Shown: one piece after another, positions 24,096 to 39,163 of the stretch
Layout: each line of letters opens with the position of its first letter
Numbering within the stretch: the first letter of the stretch is position 1
NCBI RefSeq assembly: GCF_001194135.2
Contig: NC_069003.1
Span: 10,772,532 to 10,836,520 of the forward strand
Length of the DNA stretch: 63,989 nucleotides
Direction: 5' to 3'
Source: Octopus bimaculoides
Taxonomy: Eukaryota
Notes under the pieces: generated by a model
Database searches by the model: none
Told to the model about the DNA's origin: nothing
What the model saw: only the letters and a program-made list of their open reading frames with translations
Program-made: the position numbers and the translations under genes

Positions 24096-27000
24096 GTAAG
24101 TATATTTCTTTATTTACCAAAACATAGCCATATATTTTAACCACCTTATCGTTCCACTTCGCTTAACACCCGGGACCAGATTCAACGGGCACCTTCCTAC
24201 TTTCTGATCATGTTTTCCCTTCAGAAACTTTTCTTTGTTTTTCTTTCTTTCAACCTGTTATTTTTCTTTATCATTTACATATAAATATTACCTATCATTA
24301 TATATATATATATATATATATAGCTGAAATTTTCATTTGAGTTTGTTTTACAGGTGTGTTCTAACTTAAACCGGAAAATGTGGTGTTAACGTAATTGTTA
24401 AAGAAAATACAGCATAAAGACAATAATTAGTCTTCTTTATCCTCGTTTGTGTGTGTGTATATATATATATATACATACATACACACACATATATATACAT
24501 ATGTATATATAAATCTATGTATATTTCTTTGAAATTAAATTTAACTTGCATCGAAGTTAAATGCTAAATTCCTAGTTTGTATATGTATATGATATGACAT
24601 ATACGAAATATTACATATAATATCTTACAGTTATCTATAATAGTATGAATAAACAAACAGTTGTTTTTCGACCCATCTCGCAACGAATTATTAAATTCCA
24701 CATCTTTCTCTAGTATCTTACCACAATTTCGGAAAGCCTATGTCCCTATATTTGATGTTCAAAAATTATATCGGATGATTTTTGCTATTAATCCCAAGAC
24801 GGGTTGATTTGGAAGTTAAAACTAGAAATATATCGGTCGTTCTTCCCACCAGACTAGATTTAAAGTGACTACCACAGCCATATTGGCGGTTTGTATTAAT
24901 ATAATAAATAACCCGTAAACAAGTTATTTTAACGCACTCGCCGTCATCCTCATCGTTTTAACACCCACTTTTGCATACTTGTACGGGTCAGACGGAATTT
25001 GTTGAGACAAATTTTCTACAGCCGGATGTGCTTCCTGTCGCCAACCCTCACCTGTTTCCAAGCAAGATGGTACTAAAATAGAGGTCCCGACGCATCTAGG
25101 TAACCCTAAAACTACCCCTAACACTAACCCTAACGAGTGTGCACTGTAAAAACATCGATGCATCGGGACATCTGTATTTAAGTCGTGCCAGCTTAGTTAC
25201 AGGGCATGTTTTTCACAGCAATTGGAAAGAAGGGACACTGCTTGTATGATGATGACGACACTTGTTTACGACATGTATGTATACGACAGGCTTCTTTCAG
25301 TTTCCGGCTAGTAGCTGTACTTAGAAGGGTTTGGTCCTCCTGGGATTATAGTAGAAGATACTTATCCAAGGTTATCATTTAGTGTTCGTTTTCCATGCTG
25401 ACATGGGTTAGACAGTTTGACTTGAACTGGTAAGCCAGAGAGCTGAACCAGGCTCCTGTCTGTTTTGGCTTTGTTCCTACAGCTGGACGCCATCCATTCC
25501 ACAGAGTATACTGGGTGCCTTTTACTTGTCACTAGCACTGGTTAGGACTGATTTCACTAAGCTTGACGTGTCATCTCAAGCACAGCAAATTGCCAACAGT
25601 CTTGGTCACTTGTCCTTGCCTCTGTGAGACTCAACATCCGAAGATCATATTTCACTACTTCATTCCCTGTCTTCCTGGGTCTACCTTTTTCACAGGTTCC
25701 TTACACAGAGATCATCACAATGTTGTTATTGTTTTTACATAGGCCCAGGCCCACTCATTTTGAGAGAGAGAGAGTAGGGTCTAGTTTCCTCACTCAGTTC
25801 TTGACTGAACTTTGATAAATACCTCAAGTATGGCAAGTAAACTTCATTATTCCTCTTTGCCTTCTTTGTGCCTTCAACTACCTCAGATGAAGAAATAAGG
25901 GCACTCTTCTGACAGTGGATCTTGAGCATTTAAGTGTTCCAGAATCCCTCCTCTGCAAGTCTAGATATGGCTGATTAATTCCAGAGAGACATTAACTCTA
26001 AAGGGAATGAAAAGCAAAGTTGATTTTGGTAGGACAAGAATTTGAAGTGTAGAGCAAATACCACAAGGCATTCTAGCTGATACTTTCGATCTTTCAATTC
26101 ACTGCCTTAAAGTTGAGCATAGTGGGGTTTAACCCCTTTACCTTTTTTCTATTAAAACACATTGCTTTTGTTTCAATTCTGAAAGTAATGAATTTAGTAA
26201 AATAACTTTCATTATTATTGAGCTGGGATTTGGAACATAAACTAGCACGAAATTTCGATGGAAGCTTTTAATTTAGATCTCATTAAAGTAAGGAATTAAT
26301 ATATTATGGAACCAGGAGTGATCTTGAGGTCAGTTTTGAAACACAAGGGAGCCTCTGTTGAAAGTATTTTTGAAAATAAGAGTGGAAGACATAGAGCGAT
26401 CTGTGGGACTGTGGTGAGAAAGGCTCTACAGATGTTGGGACTCATAGAGGGGATGCTTTTACGTGCCACCAGCACGAGGGCCAGTCAGGCGGTACTGACA
26501 ATGGCCATGCTCAAATGAGACTCCTAGCGATTTGCTGTACTTGGAAAGACACGTCAAGCTAAGTAAAAGTGTGGTGCCCTCACTTACAGGGTTGTCCCCT
26601 GCAACCCTCTCTAGCTGAGCATCCTTAATCTCATGGGCTTGTAGGGACTGGTGCCTTGTAAAAATCACCTGTGCCATTGCCATGTAAAAGCACCCTGTAC
26701 ACTCTTGTAAAGTGGCTGGCGTTAGGAAAGGCATCCAACCATAGAAACCTTGCCAAAACAGACATGGAGCCTGAACAGCTCTTCAGCTGGTCAGCTCCTG
26801 TTTTTTACTTTGCAGCTTCCTTTCAGATTTTGCTGCACCATGTCATATGTTTCCCCAAGAGAAGGTCTTTCTCTCTCAGGTCTTGTTGGGTTTGAACTGT
26901 CATTGATGTTTCTGTAACTTTGTTTTTTTGTCTAGGTTGAAATGTTGGCCCTATTTTTAACTTTGAGAAGAGGTGCTCCATATTAGTCTACCTTTTGACT

Positions 27001-29854
27001 TGTCCAGCATTGGAGGCACTACCAGGAACTTGCACTCTGCTAGCACAGTTCTCAGTCATTGGACTTTGTGGACACAACACACACACTGTGGAGGTTAATT
27101 ACAGGGATGGTAGGAATGGTGTGTGATAGTCTAGGCAAACATATATAAAAAAATTCATTCAATCAACAGTAATCTTTGCTTTAACCCCCATCTCCAATTG
27201 TGTGGGCCTTGTACCAGTATCAAAAATCATTCTTTTACTTTGTGTATATTCATCTCCCCCCCACTGTGTCTATATATAAATAAAATGTTTTTTGTTTATT
27301 TTTTTTTTCAGTGGCTTCCTTCTATGCAGGACAATCTGAAAATTTCAGTTGCCTTGACAACTCATTGGTTGTTCCATTCAATTATGTTAATGATGATTAT
27401 TGTGATTGCCCTGATGGCTCTGATGAACCAGGTAAGCAACTTCTTGGAAGTTTTTTTAATTTTTTTTTTTTACTTCACTATGTGAGTTAGCATTTGATAA
27501 GAAGTAAGTTAAGTAACTTCGAGGTAAACTAGACATTTAGGAATATGGTCTTAGCTGTTATGAATCATCTGAAAGGTAAGTTTAACTATCTTGGATAGTG
27601 TAATTGATAAGCTTATCTTAACTTACTGGCAATAGCTAATATGTAAATGCTGCTTGTAACATTTCAGAAAAACTGTTCATTTAATTTCTTTTATCAGGTA
27701 CTGCTGCATGTATAAATGGTAAATTTCATTGCACCAATGCAGGTTATATTCCAAATTACATTCCGTCTTCAAGAGTTAATGATGGTTTCTGTGGTAGGTT
27801 TTTCTTTTTCTGTTTTCATATTTACAAAGCCAAACCATTCTATAAATATTGACAAAAAAATATTTCCCAGAGTGTTTTTTTTTTCTTCTTCTCTCTCTTC
27901 CTATTCTTTCTCTCCTGCTTTCTACTCTTTCTTTATCTCCTCCTCCCTTGTGAGTAGAAAGACACAAGGGACCTGATCCAAATGCTTGCAATGGTGAACT
28001 CTCCTGAAGACTTCCAAGGGAGTTGGTGCTGTTAAACTAGCAGACAGATAAAATCTACTGTACCAAAAGATTTACTGTCCACCAGCTTCACTTACAGGCC
28101 TTGGGGCAACATGAGGATATCCTAAGGAACATATATTTAAGGCTCCTTGAGGGACTAAGCCACAAAACATGGTTGAGAAGCAANNNNNNNNNNNNNNNNN
28201 NNNNNNNNNNNNNNNNNNNNNNNNNNNNNNNNNNNNNNNNNNNNNNNNNNNNNNNNNNNNNNNNNNNNNNNNNNNNNNNNNNNNNNNNNNNNNNNNNNNN
28301 NNNNNNNNNNNNNNNNNNNNNNNNNNNNNNNNNNNNNNNNNNNNNNNNNNNNNNNNNNNNNNNNNNNNNNNNNNNNNNNNNNNNNNNNNNNNNNNNNNNN
28401 NNNNNNNNNNNNNNNNNNNNNNNNNNNNNNNNNNNTAAGACATGTTCTAGTGTTAAAGGGTCAATACAAATTAAGACTAGAAACGTTAGCATGCCGGATG
28501 AAATGCTTGACGGTATTTCGCCTGTCTTGACGTTCTGAGTTCAAATTCTGCTGAGGTCAACTTTGCCTTTCATCCTTTCGGGGTCGATAAATGAAGTACC
28601 GTTTTCGTCCTGGGGTTGATTTAATCGACTAGTCTCCTCCCCCAAAATTTCGGGCCTTGTGCCTAGAATAAATAAAAAATAAAAAAATCCTTTACAATTG
28701 TTGGCTCTTGTCTCAGTGTAAGAAAGCCTTGTTCTTGAGCCCTGATTGAGATTTGATCCAGCAAACCAATGATGACCAAAAACCTTTAACTCGTGACCAA
28801 AGATTCCCTAATTGGAACTACATTGTCTAATGCATCCATATTTCTAAAGGTTGTAAATAGAGAGATATTTGGCTTCAATTCTACCAGGTTGAGTGGTCAA
28901 TGTGTCAGCTACCTGATTGACTAAAAATTTAGTTAGGATGAGATAGCGGAGTGGGTGGGGTTTGTGCGGGTCACTTCCTATGTTACAATTTAGCTAACGT
29001 ACCAGTGTTAAGTGGGATGAGTACCTTGGACACTTAGGATCATTTTTCTTTTAGATAGATTTTTTAACGCTATTGTTATCTAAAGATGTTTATCTTTTTA
29101 ATCAGATTGCTGTGATGGAACTGATGAATACTCAGAAATCATCTCTTGTCCTAATAAATGCATGTAAGTTGTATTGTTGTTTCATTGTCTTTCATATTGC
29201 TTCTTTGTCAGTCTTAATTGTTTTTCTCATTTCTCTTTCTGCCTTTTGTTATAACATCACATAAAAGCACCCAGGCCACACCACTATAAAGTGGTTGGTA
29301 TTTGTGTCTGCAGCTGGATGCCCTTCATAAGTTTAGCTCTTCTGCTTGCCAGCTCTGGTCAAACCATGCAACCCATACCAGCATGGAAAATGGACGTTAA
29401 ATGATGATGACATACACACATATCTCGTTTTAATATTTGCTTTTCCATGCTTGCATGTGTTGAATGGAACTTGTTCAGGCAGATTTTCTTTGACTGGATG
29501 TCCATCTTGTTACCAACCCTCCCCTGTTTCCAAATAAGGTAATTCCCCCGGCCCAGGAATGTTTTTGAAGAATCTTGGAAATGAATGATATTCTTTTCCA
29601 ACAATCACAAGACAAGACCAGCCTAAACATTGCCCACACACATTATTGATGCCATATATATTGTATTTTATGTGTTCCTTAGCAGTGGGATACTGCCAGG
29701 GGGAATGTCTCTTTAAGATGAGTGCTGAAAAACACTGAATACCCAAACCAGGTGAGACAACTCAAACTGTAAATGTTCGAGAACAGTGGATATCGATATA
29801 TACACACACGCACAGAGCATCAAACTAATACACTTTGTTTTTTGTACAATTTTG

Positions 29855-29910
<56 letters not shown>

Positions 29911-31569
29911 TTGGCACTCCGTCGCTTATGACGTCGAGGGTTCCAGTTGATCCGATCAACGGAACAGCTTGCTCGTGAAATTAACGTGCAAGTGGCTGAG
30001 CACTCCACAAACTCGTATACCCTTAATGTAGTTCTCGGGGATATTCAGTGTGACAAGGCTGACCCTTTGAATTACAGGCACAACAGAAACAGGAAGTAAG
30101 AGTGAGAGAAAGTTTTGATGGAAGAGTACAGCAGGGTTCGCCACCATCCCCTGCCGGAGCCTTGTGGAACTTTAGGTGTTTTCGTTCAATAAACACTCGC
30201 AACGCCCGGTCTAGGAATCGAAACCGCGATCCTATTATCGCGAGTCCGCTGCCCTAACCACTGGGCCATTGAGAGAGAGAGAGAGACACACACACATACA
30301 GAAAATAAGCGCCTTTCAGTTGCTGTCTACCAAATCCACTTGCAAGACTGTGGTTTACCTGGGTCTACAATAGAAGACACTTAACCAAGGTAACATGCAG
30401 TGGGATTGAACCCCAAGCCATATGGTTAGGAAGCTAACTTCTTCACCACACAACCATGGCCCATGTGAGTTAAGGTGTAAGAAAACAGTACAGGTAAAGA
30501 TTTTCCAGGAAATTGCCAAATCTAGAAAGGAAGGACTGGCAAATGTGATTAGTAACTTGATAACGAGAAAAGGAATGAGTAGAGAAGATCTGTGTGTCTC
30601 TGGTGGTAGTGGCCCCTAATATTACTGAGATTTGGCTGCTATTACTAGCATTTCAAATGACCATGTAGAGGCTTTCTTGTTGGTTTATGTACTTTGTAGT
30701 CACAAAGAAAAATCTTTGTCCAGGACTGAAACTTACTGTGCATCTTATTTTAAAACAATTGCAGAGAATTGGGTAAAAAGGCAATGGAAGAACGTATGAA
30801 AGTGCATAAGATGCAGATGGAAGGTTTTGCTAAAAAGCAAGAATTCATCAATGAGGGTAAAAAAGCAAAGGAAGAAAAGAAGGTGAGTAGCTTTTTTATC
30901 TTTTGTTTCATTCATTAGACTGTGGCCATGCTGGGGCACCACCTTGAAGGGTTTACTTGATCAAACCATCCCCAATACTTATTTAAAGTCAATTTTGCCA
31001 CACTGCTTTGGGGGATGTAAACATACCAACACCTGTTGACAAGCAGTGGTGGTGGGGGCAAACATATACATACATTATATAAACCCAAAGCTCTTCCACT
31101 TTTAACTAAAGTGCTAACGTGTGTTAGTTACAGGCTGAAGAGCTATGTGTATATATGCGCACACACATACACGGCTTTTCAACCTGTGACTAAAATGTCA
31201 ATGCATGAAACTCTTGGCCCTTGAGTCACTCTGTTGCTTCTGCTAAATATTAATAAAAATATATCACACAGACACACACAATCTCAAAAGTAAACCTGCT
31301 ATTATTTTTGAAAGATTCATTTCTAGAAACTGTGTCGGTATATGTATATATGTAAAGGAGCACTCTGTCAGTTACGACGAGGGTCCCAGCTGATAGGGTC
31401 AATGACGTGCAAGTGGCTGAGTACTCCACAGACATGCATACCTTTAATGTAGTTCTCGGAGAGTCAGCATGACACAGTGTTATAAGGCTGGCCCTTTGAA
31501 ATACCTTATGATCATGAGCCAAATGCCCTAACCACTAAGCCACCTTCACTATGTGTGTGTGTGTGTGTG

Positions 31570-31607
<38 letters not shown>

Positions 31608-34600
31608 CGTCCAACCCATGCTAGCATGGAAAGCGGACGTTGAACGACGATGTTGATGATATATATGTGTATACACACACACACACATGCACGATGGACT
31701 TCCATATTGTGGTTTCTATTCCTGGACTGGGCAATGCATTGTGTTGAGCAAAACACTTCATGTTACTCCTGTCTACTCAACTGATAAAAAATGAGTAATC
31801 CTGAAACAGACCAGCGTCCTGTCCAGGGAGGAGTATGTATGCCAGAGAAACGAGCCTTATGCTCCTTACAGTGCCATGTTGTCTAACCAAGCAACCATAG
31901 TATGATAGAAATGGATTTATTGTTGTGAGAGGGTGGTGGTGAGTAACATTAGGATGTGGTGGATGTCCGAGAGTTTATCTGAAAAGATGAAAGACAACAT
32001 CAGCCTCAGCAGAATTTGAACTCAGAACATGAAGCTTGAAATACTGTTTAACATTTTGCCGGAATGCTAATGATTCTGTCAGCTTGCCACCTTGTGTAAC
32101 GTAAATTAACATGCAATTTTGCTGGAGGTGTTTATTTTAGGTAATTTTAAAGCATGAAATATAGAACTGGGGTTGTCTCAGGCAGGTTGGTATCAAAAGG
32201 GCTAAATACTGGTTGCAACATATACATTTAACCATTATTTAAATAGTAATCTTTGCCAGTGCCGTTGGACTGGCTCCTGTGCAGGTGGCATGTAAAATAC
32301 ACCATTTTGAGCGTGGCCGTTACCAGTACCGCCTGACTGGCCTTCATGCCGGTGGCACGTAAAAGCACCCACTACACTCTCGTAGTGGTTGGTGTTAGGA
32401 AGGGCATCCAACCGTAGAAACTCTGCCAAATCAGATTGGAGCCTGGTGTAGCCATCTGGTTCACCAGTCCTTAGCCAAATTGTTCAACACATGCTAGCAT
32501 GGAAAACGGACGTTAAATGACGATGATGATAATCTATCCATTATAAAAATAGTTGCAAATGTTGTGTAATGTCTCTCAGTGTATGTCTAAGTAGGTGAAT
32601 AGAAAAAGCATGGTAATGAAATGACTGAAGATTCTGGGAGAGTGATTGATTAAAATTTCTTCTTGAATTAGTAATATTTTTCGTCTTTTTTTAAAAAATC
32701 TCTTTCATATATAGAGCAAACTGATAGAGTTGGAGGCACTGAAAATTGCAGCCGAACAGCACAAGACAGAAATGGAAGGTAATATGTTTAATATTTTTTT
32801 AATCACACCTATTACAATATTTTATTTTTGTAGAAATACTCTGAAGTCGACCTTGGCAGAATTTGAACTCAGAACATAAAGCTTGATGAAAGGCTGTAAG
32901 CATATTATCGACATGCTAACAATTCTGCAAGCCTTGCCACCTTGTGTAACATAAATATGCAATTCTGATGGAAGGGTTTATTTTAGATAATTTTAAATTG
33001 CAAAGTATCATAGAACAGGGGTTGCCTCAGGCAGGTTGGTATCAAAAGGGTTAAATACTGGCTGTGGCATAGACTTTCAACCCTTATTTAAATAATAATT
33101 TATCCATTTTTCTAGCATAAATTGAAACATTATTTGCAAAGATAGTTGCAAATGTGTAATGCTACCCAACATTCTTTTGCTTTATTGTTTTCCTGCTCAA
33201 AAATAAGTCGGTACACTCTGTAAGGTGCCTGGTGTTAGGAAGAACAGCCAGCAGTAGAAACCATGCCAAAGCAGGCATTGGTGACCAACATGGCTCTACA
33301 ATTCATGGAACTCTGTCAAACCATCCAGCCCATATTAGTATGGAAAACGGACATTAAATGATGAAGGTTAATCAACCCAAGACTCGAAGAGATTCAGGTC
33401 ACTGTCTCTTCCCATTTATTAAGATAAATGAGCTAATTGAAACTAAAAGTTTCATGGTAATTGAAACTCAAAGTATGATTGTAGGACGAGCACAAATGTC
33501 TTACTACAGAGGTGAAATTTAGTTGATGGAATTTGGGGAAAGCCATCATATATGTACATGTGCATGTCTGTGTCAATATTTACACATTTAAAACTGGTAG
33601 TGTTCTTTCCATCTTATTGTTCCACAGTTTAGCCTCTTAGCATAAAGCTACCTCTCTTGGGAATCCATAGTATTGCAAGCTGCATGGCAGCCTCACTTGT
33701 GCTGGTGACACAAAAAATTTCACTAGTGCCAGCCACTTTATGGTACACGTAAAATGCTTGGTGCTAGGAAGGGCATTCAAGCATAGAAACCATGCCAAAG
33801 TGGACAGTGGAACACAATAGTCTCTGGGCCTATTGTGTCCTGTCAAACCATTGAACCCATTCCAGTATGAAGCAAGGATGTTAAATGATGATATAGAAGT
33901 TTATGAAATAAATACATGGGGTGATATGGTCAACAAAACACTTCAAAAGAGGTGTCCATAGCTGCAAATTGTTGGATACTGTCAAGCCATCCAACCTCTG
34001 CTAGGATGGAAGATGGACCTAAAATGATAATGATGTTGTATAGTGGACCCTTTAGTTTTGCTGAGTACTTGGTAACCTCCTTAGTGCTGGTGATTTAATG
34101 ATGTTCATCCCTTACATTCTGTAAAGTGGTTGGTCCTTCTTAGCACCAGCCACTTGACAGCATGTACTGGATGCTTTTCTCATGCCACTGGCACTACTAC
34201 TGAGGTTGCCATGTAGCTTGTAAGACTCACAAGACCCAGAAGCGGTGGATGTTGGCTTTACACTAGGAAATGAGGAGTTCCAAATGATAATCACTTCTTC
34301 AGGTTCTTGTTTCATTTTACAATTCATATTTTTATATTTTTTGTTTTATTTTTTATTTTATGTCTTCAGCTGAAAAGAATTCAGCAGAAGGTCCTGAAAA
34401 ATTGGCTAAAGACACACATGAAAAGGCCTGGGAGGGTAAGTTTTTTTTCTTTTCTTTTTTTTTTCCCCATTTGTTTTAGTGGCCCTCCAGTTATAATGAT
34501 AATGAGTGCACCAGTTGATCTGTCAACTGAACAGCCTACCTCTCAAATTAACATGCCAGTGGCTGAGCACTCCACAGACATGCACACCCTTAAATGTAGT

Positions 34601-37600
34601 TCTCGGGGAGATTCAGCACGACACTGAATGTAACAAGGTTTGCCCTTTGAAATACAGGTACTTCTCATTTTTGCCTGCTGAGTAGACTGGAGTAGTTTGA
34701 AATAATACTTGCTCAAAGACACAAGCTACTGCTTGGAATCGAACTCACAGCCTTACAGTTGTTAGCCAAATACTCTAACCACTAAGCCACATGCCTTCAC
34801 TATTTCTATTTTAATTTCTAATTGTAAGATGGAGAACAGCTTTGTGTAGCCATAAGGTAACTCTCATTGAACTACCTTATTTCTGTAACTTAGCGGTTCA
34901 ACAAAAGAGGGGTTTATCTGATTTGTTCAACTAAATTCTTCAAGGCAGTACCTCGGCATAGCTATTTAATGACTGGAACAGATTAAATGAGCCATCCAGG
35001 ACTACATTGTTTAATTTATCCTTCCTTTTTCTTTTAATATGGTGTGATTTTGAGAAGTGTTTTTGCTGCTATTTCTAGCAAGTGAAGTGACTAAATTTAG
35101 CGTTATTAGTATGGTTGTGAAAGAAGGTGAGCATTAAAGACACCATTGAGAATATATGGGTATATAGATGAAAAGCGACTGTATTATGTATGTATGGGTG
35201 ATGTGGTGACCTAAAAAATGTTCTGACAGAAATGTCAAATATCATCTCAAGATATGGGCATTTAAAAGTGAATTGACCCAGGATGGGGAAGAGTAAGTTA
35301 TAGACAGTGATATACCAGGATTCAGAACTGTTAAGTCAGAATTTATCATGGAAAAGATGTTAACCATTTTGTTGCTGTTTTTCAAAGACATACTGCTTCT
35401 TTGTTTCATTTATTTTTTTAAAAATAACCAAGATATTTCAGGAGTCTTATTAAACTTAATTTTTCATTTTAAGATAATGTTTGAAATATAATTTTACAAA
35501 ATTTACATAAAATTTAGAAAGGGAGAGTTTTAATTAGTCTTGACACTGACGTACAATGAGTGTCCTTCTGTGGAAACCTGTCAAGTCATGGGGAAATAAT
35601 ACCTCACTTGGAAACTGGTGAGAATTGGCAACAGGAAGGACATCAAGGTTTTAGAAAATCTACTTCAATGAATTCTGTCTGACCCTTGCTAGCGTTGGAA
35701 AGCAGATGTTAAACTTTGACGAGGATATATGTATGTACGTAAGTGTAGGTGTGTATGCTTGTGTTTCTAACCTCGACATTGCATGATCATCATCATTGTT
35801 TAACGTCTGCTTTCCATGCTGGCATGGGTTGGATGGTTTGACTGGGGAATGGTGAGCCAGATGGCTGCACTCTGATCTGGCAGTTTCTAAAGGTTTCAAG
35901 GTCGTGCTTCATCACCTCATCCCAGATCTTCCTGGGTCTACCTCTTCCACAGTTTCCCTCAACTGCTAGAGTGTGACACTTTTTCACACAGCTATTCTCA
36001 TCCATTCGCACCACATGACCAGACCAGCGCAGTCGTCTCTCTTGCACACTACAACTGATGCTTCTTAGGTCCTAGGCACTTATACTCTGTTGAGTATGCA
36101 CACTGACATTATACATCCATGATAGTTGTACATAATTGTCACTATCATGTCCTCAGCTTTGAATCTTTTAAACCCCTTTTAAGTCAACCTACTTCTGTGT
36201 TAAAAACATCCTATTTTAAAGTGATCCAAAGTAAACTCTTCCAAAATTTTATGTTAACCCCTTATTTAAACTGACCATATTGGGCCTAAATGGTCTGCTT
36301 TACATTGGCACAGGAAGAGTGTCCTGCCGTAGAAAATCTGCTTCAATACACTATTCAACTCATGAAGGCATGGAAAGCACAGACATTAAAACGAGGACCA
36401 TTATATAAACACTCTAAGGTGGCAAGCTGGCCGAAACATTAGCATGCCGGGCAAAATACTTAGCAGTATTTCGTCTATCTTTACGTTCTGAGTTCAAATT
36501 CTGCAAGGTCAACTTTGCTTTTCATCTTTTCAGGGTCGATAAATTAAGTACCAGTTATACACTGAGGTTGATGTAATTGACTTAATCCCTTTGTCTGTCC
36601 TTGTTTGTCCCCTCCGTTTAGCCCCTTGTGGGCAATAAAGAAACAAGAAACGTTAGCACACCGGGCGAAATGCTTAGCGGTATTTCGTCTGTCTTTACGT
36701 TCTGAGTTCAAATTCTGCCAAGGTCGACTTTGCCTTTCATCTTTTGGGGGTTGATAAATTAAGTACCAGTTGCATACTGGGTCGATCTAATCAACTGGCC
36801 CACCCTCCCCCAAAATTTCAGGCCTTGTGCCTAGAATAGAAAAGATTATATAAACACTCTAACCATTTTGTTACCATGATTTTAAAAAAAATATTCTCCC
36901 TGTGTTTCACTTAACTCTTCAGCATTCCAATTTCTCTGTCAAATGGAGCGTTTATTCGTTTACATTGTTTTTAATTATGCATTAACTTGCAGATTTGAGA
37001 TTTTGATGGTATGGTTGCTTATTTTTAGAATAACATTGTAGGGTTGGTGTGAGAAGCTTGATGTGGCCAGTTTGAACATGGCTGGTGTAAATGCTAAAGT
37101 GTTAATTTTAAAAATAATGAATAATTTAGTAAAATAACTTTATCATTAAGCTGGTGTTTGGAATATAATGCTTATTTATTCACATTGTTTTGAAATTATC
37201 ATGCAGGCTCATATAGCTTTGATATTTAATGTCATTGCTTATTTTTGAATGACATTGTAGGGTAGGTGTGAGAGGCTGAAGCTGGTAAGTCTGAACATAA
37301 AACCTACAGAAGGCTGGTTTAACCCTTTAGCATTCAGATTACTCTGTCAAATGTAATGCTTATTTATTCAGTGTTTTGAATTAATCATGCATTATCTCAT
37401 AGCTTTGAGATTTCAATGATGTGATTGTTTTTAGAATGTCAATGTAGGGTAGGTGTGAGAGCCTAGATATGGCCATTTTGAATATATAACAGACTATTTA
37501 GGCCAGATGTGGTCAGTTTAAATGATAAGGGATTAACATAAAATTTTGGACGACTTTACTTTGGATCACTTTAAAATAGGATGTTTGTAACATAGAAGCA

Positions 37601-39132
37601 GGTTGATTCAAAAGGGTTTAAAAGAAGAAAATTTGTGTTGTAGGACTTCTCAGTTACATTGATATCAAAAGGGTTAAGACAGTGATTGAATGAATAGAAT
37701 AAGTCTTGCTGTATGTATGCATTGTGTAGAACTTGTCCATAACATACAAATTTTGCAGGACTGATTTAATTTTTTTTTTTGTCTGTTTCAATGTAATTTA
37801 AATTTGATATTTGTCTTATTTTTCTCTTGTAATGTTTGGTCTTTTTAGAGGAGAAGAAGAGTTTGCAGAAGGAGAAAGAAATAACCATTGCTAAAGAGGC
37901 TTTTACTGAACTGGACAGTGATAGCAACCAATTGTAAGTATAACGGACAATGTGTGTGTGTGTGTGTGTGTATGAATGTATAATGATTTTATGTGTACAT
38001 AGGGTTGTGAATATAATGGTCAGTGAGTGGTATAGATGCTTGCATGTATAATGGTTTGTGGTACATAATGTTGTGCATAAGCATTTCTAGATGGTATAAT
38101 GGTGGAGTTTTTAGTTTAATTTATGGACAGTATGTATAATGGGTCATGTATATAATTATGGCTGGTCTATAAGGCTGTATATGAAAGTCAGCTGAACAGT
38201 CTGATCAATATACTCTCGTGGAATGTGATTGAATTAGGTTTATTTTTCAACATAGTCTCCCTTGCTATTAACACACTTTTTCCTTCAGTGTTACTGTGTC
38301 TGGACCCCATTGGTAACAAAGCCTTTATCCTGATGGTCAAAAAGTCCTCAACAGTAGATATGACATCATCGCTGTAATACTGCTCCCCAACCAAGAAATT
38401 TTTCATGTTTGGAAGCAGATGATAGTCAAGTGGGGTCAAATCAGGATTATAAGGGTGATCAAACAATTCACAGCCTCAGTCATGCACAGCAGCCATTGAA
38501 ACCAAGGACTTGTATGCTGAAGCATAGTCCTGATGAAACAGTTTTCCTGGGAATTTGGTCTTGATAGCCTTTTGTAACCCCCTCAGCAAGCTGGAATAAT
38601 ACTCTCCATTGATGGTGTGGTCCTTTTGAAGGTAGTCAATAAACACAGTGCCTTTTGCATCCCAAAACACTGAGGCCATTGTCTTCTCTGCAGATGAAAT
38701 GACCTTGGCCTTCTATGGAGTAGATTAGGAAGGATGTTGCCACTGCATGGATTGTCTCTTTGTCTCTGGCTCAAAGTGATGAACCAGACATTCATTGTGG
38801 GTTATGAAACATTTGAGGAAACCAGCTGGATCGACCTCAAACTTAGATTTTCCTGTGATGTGATCAACTTTGTGCATCTTTGATCAGGTCTCAGATGTGG
38901 CACCCATTGAGCAGAAACCTTTATTATCCCAAGTTCATTGTGCAGAATATTCTCAACTCTCTCACACATAAATTAAATCTGTTAGTCTAAAGTATATTTA
39001 GATTATAAACTGTCTACTGGTTTACAAAGGTGCTGCAAAATTCATATCTATTTTGCCAATGTGGCACAATTACAAATGAAATTGGATTTTGTTTAGGAAG
39101 TGACACAAGCTACAATATATATATACTTTCAC

Positions 39133-39163
<31 letters not shown>

